Shown here one piece after another: positions 25,491 to 39,142 of a DNA stretch of 64,000 nt; position 1 is the stretch's first letter; the number at the start of each line of letters is the position of its first letter. The notes beneath the pieces are model-generated. The model did not search any database. It saw nothing but the letters and a program-made list of their open reading frames with translations, and had not been told where the DNA came from. A program made the translations under genes and the position numbers. The stretch is from Ruditapes philippinarum (taxonomy: Eukaryota), in NCBI RefSeq assembly GCF_026571515.1, contig NW_026861130.1, positions 124,001-188,000 of the forward strand, given 5' to 3'.

Positions 25491-28400
25491 CATTTCTTAC
25501 ACTTTCCCTTTTCAAATTTATACCCAAGGGTGCAACTGCCAGAATGTTTAGTGTGCAATTCAGAGAAACTCGGTTATTTAGGCCTGGGTTATGATATACA
25601 ATGTATGTATAATTATGTAATTTACACTTAGATGATAGAATCATTTTGTCTCTCATTTGATATAAACAAGTTATATACGTCCGTTAACGTGTAATGTAAT
25701 TTAAAGAGCTGAACATGTAAATGATGCATATCGTCTAACAAACTTGAATGTTGGTCATTTCATTGGTTTATTTCATTTTAAACATTGAATAATTTTTTAA
25801 TACTAACTGTAGATTTTTCCACAAATCAGCAAATTTTCTAAAATGCACGTCAGCATCATTCTGCAGCATATAAAATTGAAAGCAATTTAACCGGAACATA
25901 CCAGCTGGCCCATTTTAACATCATTATTCTCCATTTCACTATCGATTTTAAATTTGATATTAATCAATCAATACGGATTTTATGTTGCATGTTCAATGTA
26001 TTGCATTAAATTTTCATATAAACAGTAGAAACGCTATTTCAAACCGCCACGGAGATGAGACCATTCCGCCATTAAGATCGAATTTTAAAAGAAGAAAATT
26101 GTCTGTTCCTGTTATTTTACTTAACCTGCTGAATTTATTTGTGCAATGGAATTGCTTTGGATTGGGAACAGTCCATTTGATGTGTAAAGAAATTCAATAT
26201 CAAAATAGAAAAAAAAATGAGCTACCAAAAGTCCAGAGATCGATTGGCCGGTGTCAAATGTTAAACAAGTTCAGTGCTAATACAGCATTTTTACATAGAT
26301 ATAATGACAACTTACGTCATGTAACGCATATTTTAATCAAACATAAGCGCATGGTTATCATTTACTAGAATTATTTGTTTGAAATATTGTTCACACTTTT
26401 GAAAGATATTTTAAATAAGATTATAAAAATATATACGTTTTGATCTTTTTATATTACTTATTCTATTAATTTATATTGAACTATAATGTACTGTGTATTT
26501 GTATGAGCTAATATATTTATTTGTTTAAATATTTCTCAGAAACAGTCATACATTTTATCCTTCTTTTTTCTTCTAACAAATTGAATCAAAGAATTATCAA
26601 CTTAAAGAAGCACTGACACTAAAGTGTCCCTGGGAATAAGCAAATATCTGTTATCAGATAAGCAGTCCTATGTTGTCGTCCACATAGTTCCTATATTTAT
26701 GTCGCTATTAAGGATCAAAGCACTGAATGTACTGATGGGGAGGCTATGACAGAATGTTTCAGACTTATAGTTTCTTTTCTTTTTGCTTAAAATGTGCTGT
26801 TATTTCAATTATTACCAAAATAAGAAGATATGCACATTGTGTCATTTATCCTTACTGTTGTGTTCAACCATTCATATATATGGTTAATGTATGACGACTG
26901 TTCATTATAAGATAACAATAACATTTTACAACTGACTGTTCCTTATCAAAATATTCTAGGACTGTTCATCATAAATACTTAATGTCATAATGATAATAAC
27001 AACTGCAAGTTATGCAACATTTTTATTGAACATAAAAATTATACATATTAACATGTCATATACCATAATTGAGATCAATAAGATACTGTCTTGTGATGAG
27101 TATTAATATCCATGCTCTACGGACAGAAAGATGTCTTCTTCCGAAGCAAATCTGGAATAAAATCACGTTTCAGAAAATTATTCCCATTTCATTACTCGTC
27201 GCTGACTTTGACGGCTTCGGATATTTATTAAAACTAAATATTTCTTGAAAAAATACATATTACGTAGGGTTTTCCCTGTCGACCATTTCCCGCAAATAGA
27301 TGAGAACATCGAAGCGTCAGTGCTATGAATGGTGTTATAATTTATAAATAGCGTGTTTTGGAAGTTTTTTGTTGAAACTTCTCCAAATCCCTCCAGAGGC
27401 GTGCACGTCGCGGAGAAGGCACACGGCAGGTCAAGGTCAAGTCATCTCAAGTACCAGAGGTGATTGGTTGACCTGTCGTGACTTACTCTGGAGGTTTGGC
27501 GCTAATGAATGCCGTTTTTGTTGTCGTCAGTCAGGAAGTTGATGCCTTGCCAGTATTGTCGTCTCCTTTACCACCAACGAACGAAGAATGGGCTACCAGG
27601 AAGATTCGGCTTGAAAAAGACGTCCCCGATGCTATAATCTCGGACATATGGTTATTCCGGCCCCGAGTATAAATAAACTTAAAACACACACACTTTTGTT
27701 GAAAACAAAACAAAAAAAACAACTACACATTTTCTGTAGTATTTTTTCAAGTGTTGTAAAATGAATACGAAATTCCTCTTATGCCGCCGATTATTTTTAG
27801 AACACAAACATGTAAGTTTCTTTATTTGATTTATTCAAATAAACATTAATCACTTCAGCGCCCGCAAAGATCGTTTTCACATTAAAGTTTCGTAAGATAT
27901 GTTGATGAATTCCCGATGCTAAACTGTAAGTCATTCGTATATATATGCGTTTTTGTTGTTGTTTTTTTTGTTGTTGTTTTTTAAGCCTCTTATTCTTTAA
28001 TAGTTTTTATGTATCTCATAATCTGTATTGAAAATTTGAATTTTATTACACATGGACTATCAAATTATGATGCGTTGCCCTAGAATTGAATAAACTTTCT
28101 AATTACACAATACGGAATCATTTCATTTGATTGAAGACTGATCTTTGCGTCTTTTCTCTGAAATAATTATTTCCTTGTTTAAAACATATTTGACCACATA
28201 TTTCTGTCATTTAACTGTTCACTTTACAGCTATATGATATAGCGGTTTATGAGCGTTTTTCCGCGTACAGCCTCCTAGGGTGTACTAATAAGTTAGTTTT
28301 TCCTTAGTTATCACACAAGCACGACCCATGTCTCTGATGTAAGCGACAATTTACCATAATTTGTCTTTAAAAAATATTAAGGGACTATTAATGGTTTATA

Positions 28401-29112
28401 TCAACAAAAGAACATGCATGATATTGAGACTACGGTGTTGCAACGTTCTAGTTAATGACCCGTCATAAACAGTTGGTCGCTGCGTAGTAATTGGAAAATT
28501 GTTATCAAAAATAATAAAGAATATTTGCCACCTAATTAAAGCATTTACTTATAAATTTTCATTTATGCTTTTTGTTAAAAATTATTGATAAAGTTATTAT
28601 GTAGAAGGGTTTTCATACCAGAACTATTTATTACAGACGTACGTATGCCTATACCTGATTACCGCGGCAGTATGACGTCACGGAGTAGTGATTTTGAAAA
28701 AATAACAAACAAAAATCAAGAATTTTTCAGAGAATTATTATCTGATATGAAATTAAAGAATGAAAATATTTTCATATTGTAAATGTCTGTGATGAGCGAT
28801 GAGTCAGCTTAGAAAAAATCAAGGTACTATTTTTTGACCTGATTACCGCCGCAGTAAGATTTGACGGACGGTATTAACATTAGGTCGGCATAGCCTCCCC
28901 AAAAATTACTAACAGATGGATAATTTTTCATAAAAACAATTGAACGACCATTTTGAAACCAAAGGTCTGTTAAAATCTTATGCTAGTTCACTTCATATAT
29001 TTTTCGTATTGTTTACTACGGACAGAAAAACAACACTTTTTACAAGGATAAACAGGACAGAATGGCGGCAAAGCCATCTGATTTGACGAACAGATAACAC
29101 GCCGTTAATCTC

Positions 29113-29245
29113 AGTTTATACAAATTTATTTTAGTTCAATTTAAATGGAAGCTATAAGCTAATTGAAACACTCTCGAATCTGTTCCTGGAACCAACCAGA
29201 CTAAGAAATGAATGTAAAGTTTCTTGCTCAAGGAAACAACGGCGT
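29113..29245 (-). mobile_element. SINE family A 3' fragment
   Basis: Reverse complement of the 1405-1535 region (ttcctggaaccaaccag...tttcttgctcaaggaa). Confidence 0.6.
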
Positions 29246-30524
29246 TACTCTTCAGTTACCTGTCCAGTTTCATTATGTCCCACTATTTGTAAATGAAAAT
29301 AAGTTATACTTTCTAACATTTACCTTCAAAATCAAGGATGAATGGCGACAACTTGTTTAATGAAGACATTCATTTCAATTAGATGTCGAATGAACATATA
29401 TTTTAAATATCAAAGTATTATTTTGATTATTTAACAAATAATTTCAAAACCACATAGATATGCTATGTGAGCACATCTGCTGTATCAATATTAAAGTCTG
29501 TCATCTGTGGTTTCATGTAACAGAACTATGACGACTGAAGGACATTTGTATATTATTTTCTTCCCTAGTGACACGGTGCCCGCTGAGTGATTTTGGGCTT
29601 GAAGCTGCCGTTTGGCGCGTTATTGAACAAGAGGGAATAGAGACGCTCAGTACAAGTGTATAAATGATGAGTAAAATAAAAAAACACCAGCAAATAATCA
29701 ATTGCTCCTGTCATTAGATTATATTACAATTACATCTACATTCAGTCACATCAGGTCTTACAGCAGCTTAATTTAGAGTTTCGTTAAATCTATGCATTGT
29801 AGTTGTATTCATATTCATTCCCCATTGATTTTGTTTATTTAGTAAAGAATTTCAAACCAACATAACACCGGCTTGAGCGGTACTCAATTTTCAACACTTA
29901 AAAGTGCCGGAAACAATGATTCCGAATGGTCGTAAAAATATAATAGAACTGAAGTGAAGTACGGGGCATTTTTTACAGCTGCCACACGACACTTGACACC
30001 TGCTCTTGTGAAGTATAAAAATCTGGAAAAATAAAATATGAATGTTTTATGACCAAAAGCAAGTCTGAAAAAAAAAATAATCAGCGATGACTTTCGTGTA
30101 TATACAACCGTTGTAGCTGCGTTCTCTTTCATTTTCCTTTTTACGAATTAATTGTTGAGTTAACCGGTAATTTATAATATTGTTTGCTGATATCGGCTGT
30201 ATAGCGTCTACATATATAAAATATCAAATGACATATTTAAGTGCATCAGTCAGTTTTACACTTCTAATATGTCCTTGCAACATCTGTGAAAACAGCGCAA
30301 ATAACGATTCTCTGAAAGTTTTTCCCCAGGCTTAATCACTAGATGTAAGTAGTAACAAACATAATATAGATTGCTATCGTTATTAAATTGATATTGTCTA
30401 GATTTTTGTTGTATAAATCATTTTTAGTACAAATATTCTAAGAAATATTGTGGGAATTCGATTATTGCCTTGTTAGCGGGTATTCATCCAAATTGATTGT
30501 TATACATTTGTACTTATTCCCTGC

Positions 30525-30723
30525 GTTTGGTTTAAACATATTTATTTAAGCTCGATTGCGAAACAAGTTCTTGCAACTTATATTAATCACTTTCGAGTCT
30601 GCTTCCTGGAACCAACCAGTACTGGTGTCATATGAAGAAACATGGTCGTGACCCGAGTAGGGCTCGAACCCATGATCTCTGGGTTGAGAGGCAGACACCT
30701 TAACCATTAGGCCACCGCTCCCC
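30525..30723 (-). mobile_element. tRNA-derived SINE with intact Pol III A and B boxes
   Basis: Minus strand GGGGAGCGGTGGCCTAATGGTTAAGG...GGGTTCGAGCCC followed by the family A core AGTACTGGTTGGTTCCAGGAAG. Confidence 0.8.
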
Positions 30724-31509
30724 TTTTAATAGATTGCGTTTAATAGATAAAGAAGAATCAACGTATTTAATTAGCCACAGATGGACTGACAGCCTGTCAC
30801 TTTGTTATCAACTTGATACATAACGTAATGTTTAAATGTCTTAAACATTTTTTTCGTTTTCCACGTAGTTAATATAGCATGCACTGCCTTAATAAAGTAA
30901 ATAAGATTCTTATAAAGTTCTTAGATTTTCGGTAATTGAATTTGTCTTGGTATTGGTAAAAAAAAATTGGCGCAATTTTGAAAAATTGTTAAAACTTAAG
31001 CCATGTGATCTGACAATCGCAAGCTAACGAAACTGACAGTGCTTGGTCCTCTACATAAAAGCAACAAGACATTTGTCTTATAAATACGACTAGCTAAGCA
31101 AGATGACTCATATATCAATCAATTACTGATTCTTAGTCTAAAGTCAAGCTTGTGGCAAGTGAAGTGTAAATAAATTGGTCGTCTGATCAAATTTACCTAA
31201 TTCATTTATCTAACCAAAACTCTGTAACAAATCAAAATTAAAAATCGAATCAAGAGAGACACACCGTTGAATCAATCTTATTTGTTTGCTACTGATGATG
31301 TTTACAACCCGTGGATTTTCAATACTTTAGGAGATATGTATACGGTTAAAATGAGTTCTAAGGCGAATTGCATTAACCATCAGATCAACAATGATTACCA
31401 CCAATTTTGTAAACAAATCATTGGTTACCGTATATTATAAAAGAGCAAGGGCAATGTACATTTTAGTTTAAACAATATTTTATTTATAGATGTTTGATTT
31501 TTATCACAA

Positions 31510-31592
31510 GAAAAAATGTACAGCCTGACCTAAACTCAAACCTGGGACCTTTGGAATATCGTTCCACACTCTACCGACTAAGCTATTCGATC
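31510..31592 (-). mobile_element. Degenerate tRNA-like SINE head
   Basis: Minus strand TAGCTTAGTCGGTAGAG (A box) ... GGTTTGAGT (degenerate B box); a truncated paralog lies at ~35575-35610. Confidence 0.5.
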
Positions 31593-32858
31593 GCTTACAC
31601 ATGTTCTCCCCTAAATAGTAAACATTTCTAAACCATGATGAATTTCAAATGATAGATTGTACAGAATTGATAGCAAGCTTAAGATGCTAAGAAAAGTATT
31701 GTGCAGTCAACCAAGAGTAACATATTTTTATTATTAATTGTATTAACATTAAGCCGCCAAAGTGCATTCTTATACGGAAATATCCATCAATAAATCGTAT
31801 TGATGAAAATGTTAACATGACATTATTGAGTAGATACTCTGTTCGTTTTGTAATTGCTAAACACGTTTCGTGCTGTTACAATTTAAATAACGCATGGTTT
31901 CAAAAGAAAGAGGACAAAAAAACACACGAAAAGCCTTTGCTTTTCATTCTAGTTTATTAGACCAGAAATAATATAACGGACAAAGACTTTATAATAAGTA
32001 CATAGTAATTCCATTTATTTTTGGCAATATGTAGATTGTTTTTGTGTATATTTCTTTACTGCCTTTCTACATGTTTAAAGCTGTTCAATGCTGTAAATTT
32101 AAATTGAATTTTTTAGACTTTTTGGACGTCAAAGGAGTTTTTTTAAATACTAATTTAACTATTGTTTCTGTTTATTACGTTTATGCTGCTATGTAATTTG
32201 CTTTGAACTGTTTTGAAATGAAACATTTTTGGATATGAAATTGACATTTACAGAATAAAACCTGATACAATGATTGAAGGTGGAACTGATACTCTGATAT
32301 AATCCCTTGACGTGATGGTAACACATCACCCATATTCTTCAACGGATTGAACGAATTACAGCGTTTTCATGGTAACAATTAAGTAATTTTTAAAAAACAA
32401 TTATAAATGTAGGAATTGCGTTGGTGACATGGGAAAGAAAATTATTTTGATATGACTGTTAATCATAAATATTAAATGAATGCCTCACGCAAGAAGTTTT
32501 ATTTCCAAATGTTAAATCATAACATAAATTCGTATAAGTCATCTATACATGAACAAATAAACATTTCTGCAAACAAATAAATATTAATTTATAGAGCAGA
32601 GTAGCTCAGATTTTAAAAGCCATCGAATACAAAATGCGTGCTTCTAATACAGATCATCCGAAATCCAATCACCTGCAACGGATCGGATATTACAGTCGGA
32701 AATATGATATTTTAAATCAATCAAAACCCATTTACACTGCTGCTGCAGATCTGCTTTCAGTTTTAATATTAATCGGAAATATATGGGAAGTTGTCTAAAA
32801 TCTGGGTCGCTGCAATGTTTTTGTACTTTTTATCACTACCAATACAGTGTGTGTGTAC

Positions 32859-33110
32859 GCAATCCGAATCTAAGGTGATATGAATCAAAGGTGATCCTAA
32901 CCTAAAGCAATATGAATCAAAGGCAATCCGGATCTAAGGCAATCCGATTCTAAGACAACCCTTACCAAAGGCAATCAGAATCTAAGGCAATCCTAAACTA
33001 TTGAAATCCGGTTCCTAGGCAATCCGATTCCAAGACAATCTTTACAAAAGGCAATCACGATCTAAGGCAATCATAACAGAAGGCAATCCGAATCTAAGGC
33101 AGTCCGAGTC
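32859..33110. repeat. 16-bp minisatellite (AAGGCAATCCGAATCT / AAGGCAATCCTAACCT), unit 1
   Basis: About 15 imperfect units. Confidence 0.9.
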
Positions 33111-36100
33111 ACATCATTTAAATTCTTTATAATTCCACAACAAAAACAGAATGATGTGCCTTAGACAGAAAGTTCAATTCATTTGTATAAGTTTTAAAAA
33201 TTTAGTTCTTGCGTGTAAGGAAATATCTGTTTCGATTGATCAACAAGTACTTAAATGACAAGTTGTTCAGATAAATTTGCTTTAAATGAAGGCTTTAATA
33301 ATTTCAAATTATCTCTATGGCTACTTTATAATGCTTGACTGATGTTTGTAAAATAATCAATTCAAAGTTATCATGAAGTTTCCTATATTTTCTGTATAAG
33401 CTTTTAATGTCGCGATTTTTTAAGAAAATTAGAACAAAAGTGTCATAATACTGTAATATTTATGAAAGAAATGGCACCAATTATTTTAAATTATTATTAT
33501 TTGATGCTTCAGCCAAAAGGATTGAAAATACATTGCAAAACATAACGCTTTTCATTAGCTAATTCTAATTGCCAACATTGCAAGCAACTGTTACACGCTT
33601 TCAATTTAAAACGCTGTAGCACTGAAGTCCGTCTTTCTATCAAAAACATTGCATCCTACATGTTTTACGTTCAATTTTTGGTACCTTACAGATGATATAA
33701 TGGAAGAATTAATCAATAATAATCAGTGAATGATATTTATCATTTCATTTAAAACAATAAAAATTCATAGATATTTAAAAGCGCAATGTTTGATGTTACG
33801 TTTTAACAGGCATTAATTTTATAACGAACATTCTTTATATTGGTAATTCAGGTTAGCGTTGTTTTTTTTTACTATACATAGTAATTTAAAGGAACTACAC
33901 TGAGGTCCAAAGGTCTAAAAAGATAAAAAATTAAATCTTATATAGATCTTCTGGGGTACTTAAAAAAGAAATATTCTTGAATTAAGATCAAAAATCGAGA
34001 TTTAATGCGATTTTTAGATCGATATGAGTTAAAAGCGTTTAAACATTTTTCATTTTAAAGTCATATTGAAAGACAAGAAAACAAACAAAAACTGGAAAAA
34101 AGGAGTAAGCAAATGAGATGCAATTTTGTACACGATTTATGAGTATAAATGTACATCAAATATTATAAAAAGCTCTGAAAAACATTTCCAGTCACGTTAT
34201 ATGTATCTAAGAAATACCGTCATCGGAGTCCTTTTAGTTTTAATATCAACCATTCTATAAAATTCGTGTCACAACTAACTGGTATAGAAAATTTACTTTG
34301 TTGTATGTCACTCGAGGATAAAACATTGGTGGTATAAAATATAATGGTAACATTTATTTCTTGGATACAATAAAAAGTAATCAACTTTTGATCATTGAGA
34401 GCTTGTTCACCATGCACAAAGACTAGTGGTTTTGTAACTGTATCTAGCCTTGTTAAGTACCCCTATATGTTTTACAAGGTCAATGATATTACTAGCAACA
34501 CGAACATACGACATTTTGATATTACGGGAGTGTCATGTTAATAAGGTCTTATCATTGAAGCCAAAATGGTCAAAGGCACGAATATGGTCGAACTCCTTTT
34601 AACAGGTTAATTTCCTTGCATTAGTGAACAGGACAACAACATAATGTAATAAATGATCCCGAAGTACCAGAAAAATATAACAACAATGAAGTGGAGTACA
34701 GGGCAACGTTTTACAGAAGCCAAACGACACTTGACACCTGCTGTTGTAAAGTATAAAAAATTGGAAAAATAAGACATGGATGTCCTGTGACCAATAGCAA
34801 TTAAGTTTGATATTATAATCCAAGTTACACAATTTGTTGTTGTTTTGTTGTTGTTGTTTTTAATTATATAAATTTATTAACTTAATTTTAGCACTAGGCT
34901 TTATGCATTTAGATCTATATTTCTAAATATATCTTAAAAACAGCAATAACGTTTGTTATATAGATCTACCACAACCGTTTTAGCTGCATTTCCTTTTATT
35001 TTTTTTAGGAATTAATTGTTAGGTTAATTGATACTATTGTTGTTTGCATATATCGTTTGTATAGCGTCTACATATAAAATATCAAATGACATTCTAAAGT
35101 GCATCAGTCAGTTTTACACTTAAAATATGTCCTTGCAACATGTGTGCAAACAGCGCAAATAACGATTCTCTGTGAGAGTTTTTCCCCCGGGCTTAATCAT
35201 TTGATGTAAGTAGTAACAAACATATATAGATTGCTACCGTTATAAAATTGATATTGTCTAGATTTTTGTCGTATAAATCATTTTTATTTTAGTACAAAGT
35301 AAAAAGGCAACAAGCATCTGATACAAATATTCTAAGACGTATGGTGGGAATTCGATCATTGCCTTGTTAGCGGGTATTCATCCAAATTGATTCTTATTCC
35401 TTGGGTTTAATACATAAAAAAGCCACTAGTAGACCACCAAATTAACAATAATTAGAGCCAATTTTGTTAACAAATCATGGATAACCGTATATTATAAAAG
35501 AGCAAAGGCAATGTACCTTTTAGTTTAAACAATATTTTATTTATAAATGTTTGATTTTTGTCACAGGGTGAAAAAATGTACAGCCTGACGAGATTCAAAC
35601 CTTTGGAACATCTTCCCTCCTAAATCATGTAAATAGTGAACAGTAGTTCTAAACCGTAACATTTACATGATGAATTTCAAATGATGGATTTAGCTTAAGA
35701 TGCTAAGAAAAGTACCGTATATAGTCAATTTTTATTATTAATTCAATTAATATCAAGCCGTTTAAGTGCATTCTTATACGAAAGTATCCATCAATAAATT
35801 ATACTGATGAAAATGTTGACATGACATTATTGAGTAGATGCTCTGTTCGTTTTGTAATTGCTAAAGTTTCGCGCTGTTACAATTTAAATAACGCATGATA
35901 TCAAAAGAAAGAAGAGAAAAAACACACTATAAGCCTTTGCTTTTCATTCTTGTTTATTAGACCAGAAATAATATAACCGACAAAGACTTTATAATAAGTA
36001 CATAGTAATTCCATTTATTTTCGGCAATATGTAGATTGTATCTTTTTATAAGAGTTCGACCTGAACTGAAATTCTGGATAATATCTTCTTGCATACACAA

Positions 36101-38904
36101 ATAGTTTTGTGCAAGCATATATTCGAATAAATATATCAAACTAATGAGAATAGCATGGGCCTTCCTTTGGAAAAATAATTCTTTATCTTCCAGAACTTAC
36201 TAATATATTCTGTGCTGTAAGAGTTTTCGATTATATTGTTTGAATGGTCATAGAATAGATATATCTTGAATATTGTTTTTGAAAAACGGCCACAATATAT
36301 TATTTCGATTGATTTTGAGTCGCGAGTCTCACTTGCACTGTCATAAAAAACAAAACAAAAGAAAACTGAATAGAAATAGTAAAAAACAACAATGTAAAAC
36401 ATGATAATGAAAATATTATGAAAATGTTTCTAAAACGAAAAGTAGACATGTCTTCCATGTAAACAGTTCAATTTAGTTTCTATTCAGCCGATAGAATTTA
36501 CGCTTTGGAAATACAATAAATACAAAGTGATGGATATGGCCAAAGTATCATTGAATGCACACGCATTAACAAAATATTTACATTATATATTCAAAGTCTC
36601 ATTTGTCATTTTAGTTAAGATCTATTAGAGGATGGGCGTCAATGTCCCCTTTGTCAATCTCAGTTAATATCTGTTACAGAGAAAGCGTCAAATTCCTTTT
36701 TGTCTCCCAAAAGTAACATATTTCTCTACAACTTGTATTCTGTCGTTACAGAACATTCTAGCTTCCCTCATTCAGAATTCTTATCGACTCGTGAATAGTT
36801 TTATTGATGAAAATGTTTACATAACAAAAACTTAAGTGGTTCGTTTGTTCATATTATGATGGCAAACATGCCCCCTGTTGTTTCACAGTTTATAACATGA
36901 ATATTATTTCCTTTGTGATAGCACATAATAAAAGCTTCCATCATGCCTTCTGTAGCTATTTAGAATTGAAATATATGAGACGTAAGAAACTGTATAGCAT
37001 CATAAAAGGTTTTCTGTATATGTTTATACACATTGATGCTAAAAGAATATCACGGTGGTTAACCAATGGCCTACATTGTTGTTCTTGTTTCAGTTTCACC
37101 TTTATAACACTTTAAGTATTATAGTTCCATTTCTGTAACGAAGGCTGTCAAACGAAACCGGCGCGACCCTCTACTGTACCAGTTCAAGCAAATTTGAAAA
37201 TGAGTAAAATCGACAAATATGTATGACATATTTATCTTACATGTATTTGATACAAACCTTTTGGTTTCATTCAGCAGTTTTTGAAAAATATTTAAAAAAA
37301 ATCAAAACGTTGAAAAACTAAAAAAAGCAATAGGACCATCTCGGCTATCATTCATATTCTTTATCCGAAGTTTGACGGAGATGCGATTGATAAAGGAAGT
37401 TTAAAAAATCATTGAGCAGCCTGTTCATCTGGAAAGGATGGTTATTCTTAAGATCTGCTTACACAAATCAACTCTGAAAAAAAAGAATCCTAAACCTATT
37501 CATATTTTTGTTTTGCTCTTACTCAAATGATTAAATCAGCGCTTTGAAGTTTTTAACTAGTTTTTGTTGTTGTTGTTTTGTTTTGTTTGTTTTTTACTTA
37601 TATGATATTTACTATGGCGTCCTAGTGCGTTAATATTGATTATTGACATTAATTTCTCTCTATAGATACAAAACAGTACAAAAACCTTCCAAGTTATATT
37701 GAACATATAAATACATGCAAGCATGTTTGTTGTCAATAATTAAAAATAAAATAAAAAGTAATCCCGGTCCTTGCGTGTGTAAAATGTTTCTCATTTTCAG
37801 TAAATGTCAAGAGATTTTTCATCAGATAATCATGTCGACATTAAAGTGAAAGAAATGTACTTAAAAGACTGTTAAGCAACAGTGTGCAGAAGTCTTTGAT
37901 TCTATGGCATGTGTTGAATAGCAAGGACTCTGGCTCAAAGGGATATGTAAATCCTTCGTAAAGCAACGGACTTAATTGAGTGCAAAATTTCAGATCATTC
38001 CCTGACTCCGTTTTCCCAAACCAATTATTCTGATTGTGAAAAATTACACCAAGACTGAAAAACGTTGCAACGCTTTTCACTCAAATAGGATAGATAACAA
38101 AACTACGATTTTACTTATTTTTGAGTATATTTATTTACTGCCTTTCTGCTTGTTTTAAGTGTCCCAGCTGTTCAATGTTATGAATTCAAATGTTATGGTT
38201 TAGCTCTTTTGGACCTAAATGGAATTCCTTTAATACTAATTTAACTACTTTGAAATTTACAGAATAAAACCTGATACAATAAGTGTATGTGGAACTGATA
38301 CTCTGATATAATCCCTCGAAGTGATGATAAAACATCACTAATATTCTTCAATGAAAGGATTATACCGTTTCCATCGTAACAATTAAGTTATTTTTAAAAC
38401 ACTCAATTACAAATGTTGCTATCGCTCTGGTGTAAATAACGATTGAGTGGCATGGAAAAGAATAAATAATTTGATACGACTGTTTATCATAGGCATTAAA
38501 TTAATGCCTTACGCAAGAAGTTCAATTTTGTTTCCAAATGTTTTACAAGCATTTATTTTATGATATAAATTCGTATCATCTATACATGAACAAATAAATC
38601 ATTTCTGCAAGCAAATAAATATAAATTTATAGAGCAGAGTAGCTCAGATTATGTTTAAATTGAAGTCATTGAATACAAAATGCGTGCTTTTAATACAGAT
38701 CATCCGAAATCCAATCACTTGCAACGGATCGGATATTGTAGGCGGAAATATAATATTTTAAGTCAATCAAAACCCATTTACACTGCTGCTGCAGATCAGC
38801 TTTCAGTTTTGATATTAATGGGAAATATATCGGAAGTTGTCAGAAATCTGGGTCGCTGCAATGTTTTTGTACTTTTTACCTTTACCAAAACAGTGTGTGT
38901 AGAA

Positions 38905-39142
38905 AATCCGAATCTAAGGCAATCTGAATTTAAGGCAATCCGAATCTATGGCAATCCTAACCGACGGCAATCCGAATCATAGGCAATCCTTACAGAGGCC
39001 AATCCGAATCAAAGGCAATCCGAATCTAAGGCAATCAGAATATAAGGCAATTTGGATCTATGGCAGTTCGATCTAACCTAATGCAACCTGAATCTAAATC
39101 AATCATAACCTAGGGCAATCCTAACCAAAGGCAATCCGAATC
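38905..39142. repeat. 16-bp minisatellite, unit 2
   Basis: Same consensus as 32859-33110. Confidence 0.9.

Noticed and set aside
27509-27637. Small + strand ORF containing GLPGRFG (RFamide-like neuropeptide)
   Set aside because: No signal peptide, no basic cleavage site directly after the Gly, single copy; likely chance.
27487-27647. Minus-strand TCC-TGA with an open frame continuing to a splice donor (selenocysteine or antizyme-like recoding)
   Set aside because: No recognisable selenoprotein or antizyme similarity and no evident SECIS element.
30640-30723. Possible tRNA gene
   Set aside because: A and B boxes are present but run into a SINE body; no proper acceptor stem or terminator.
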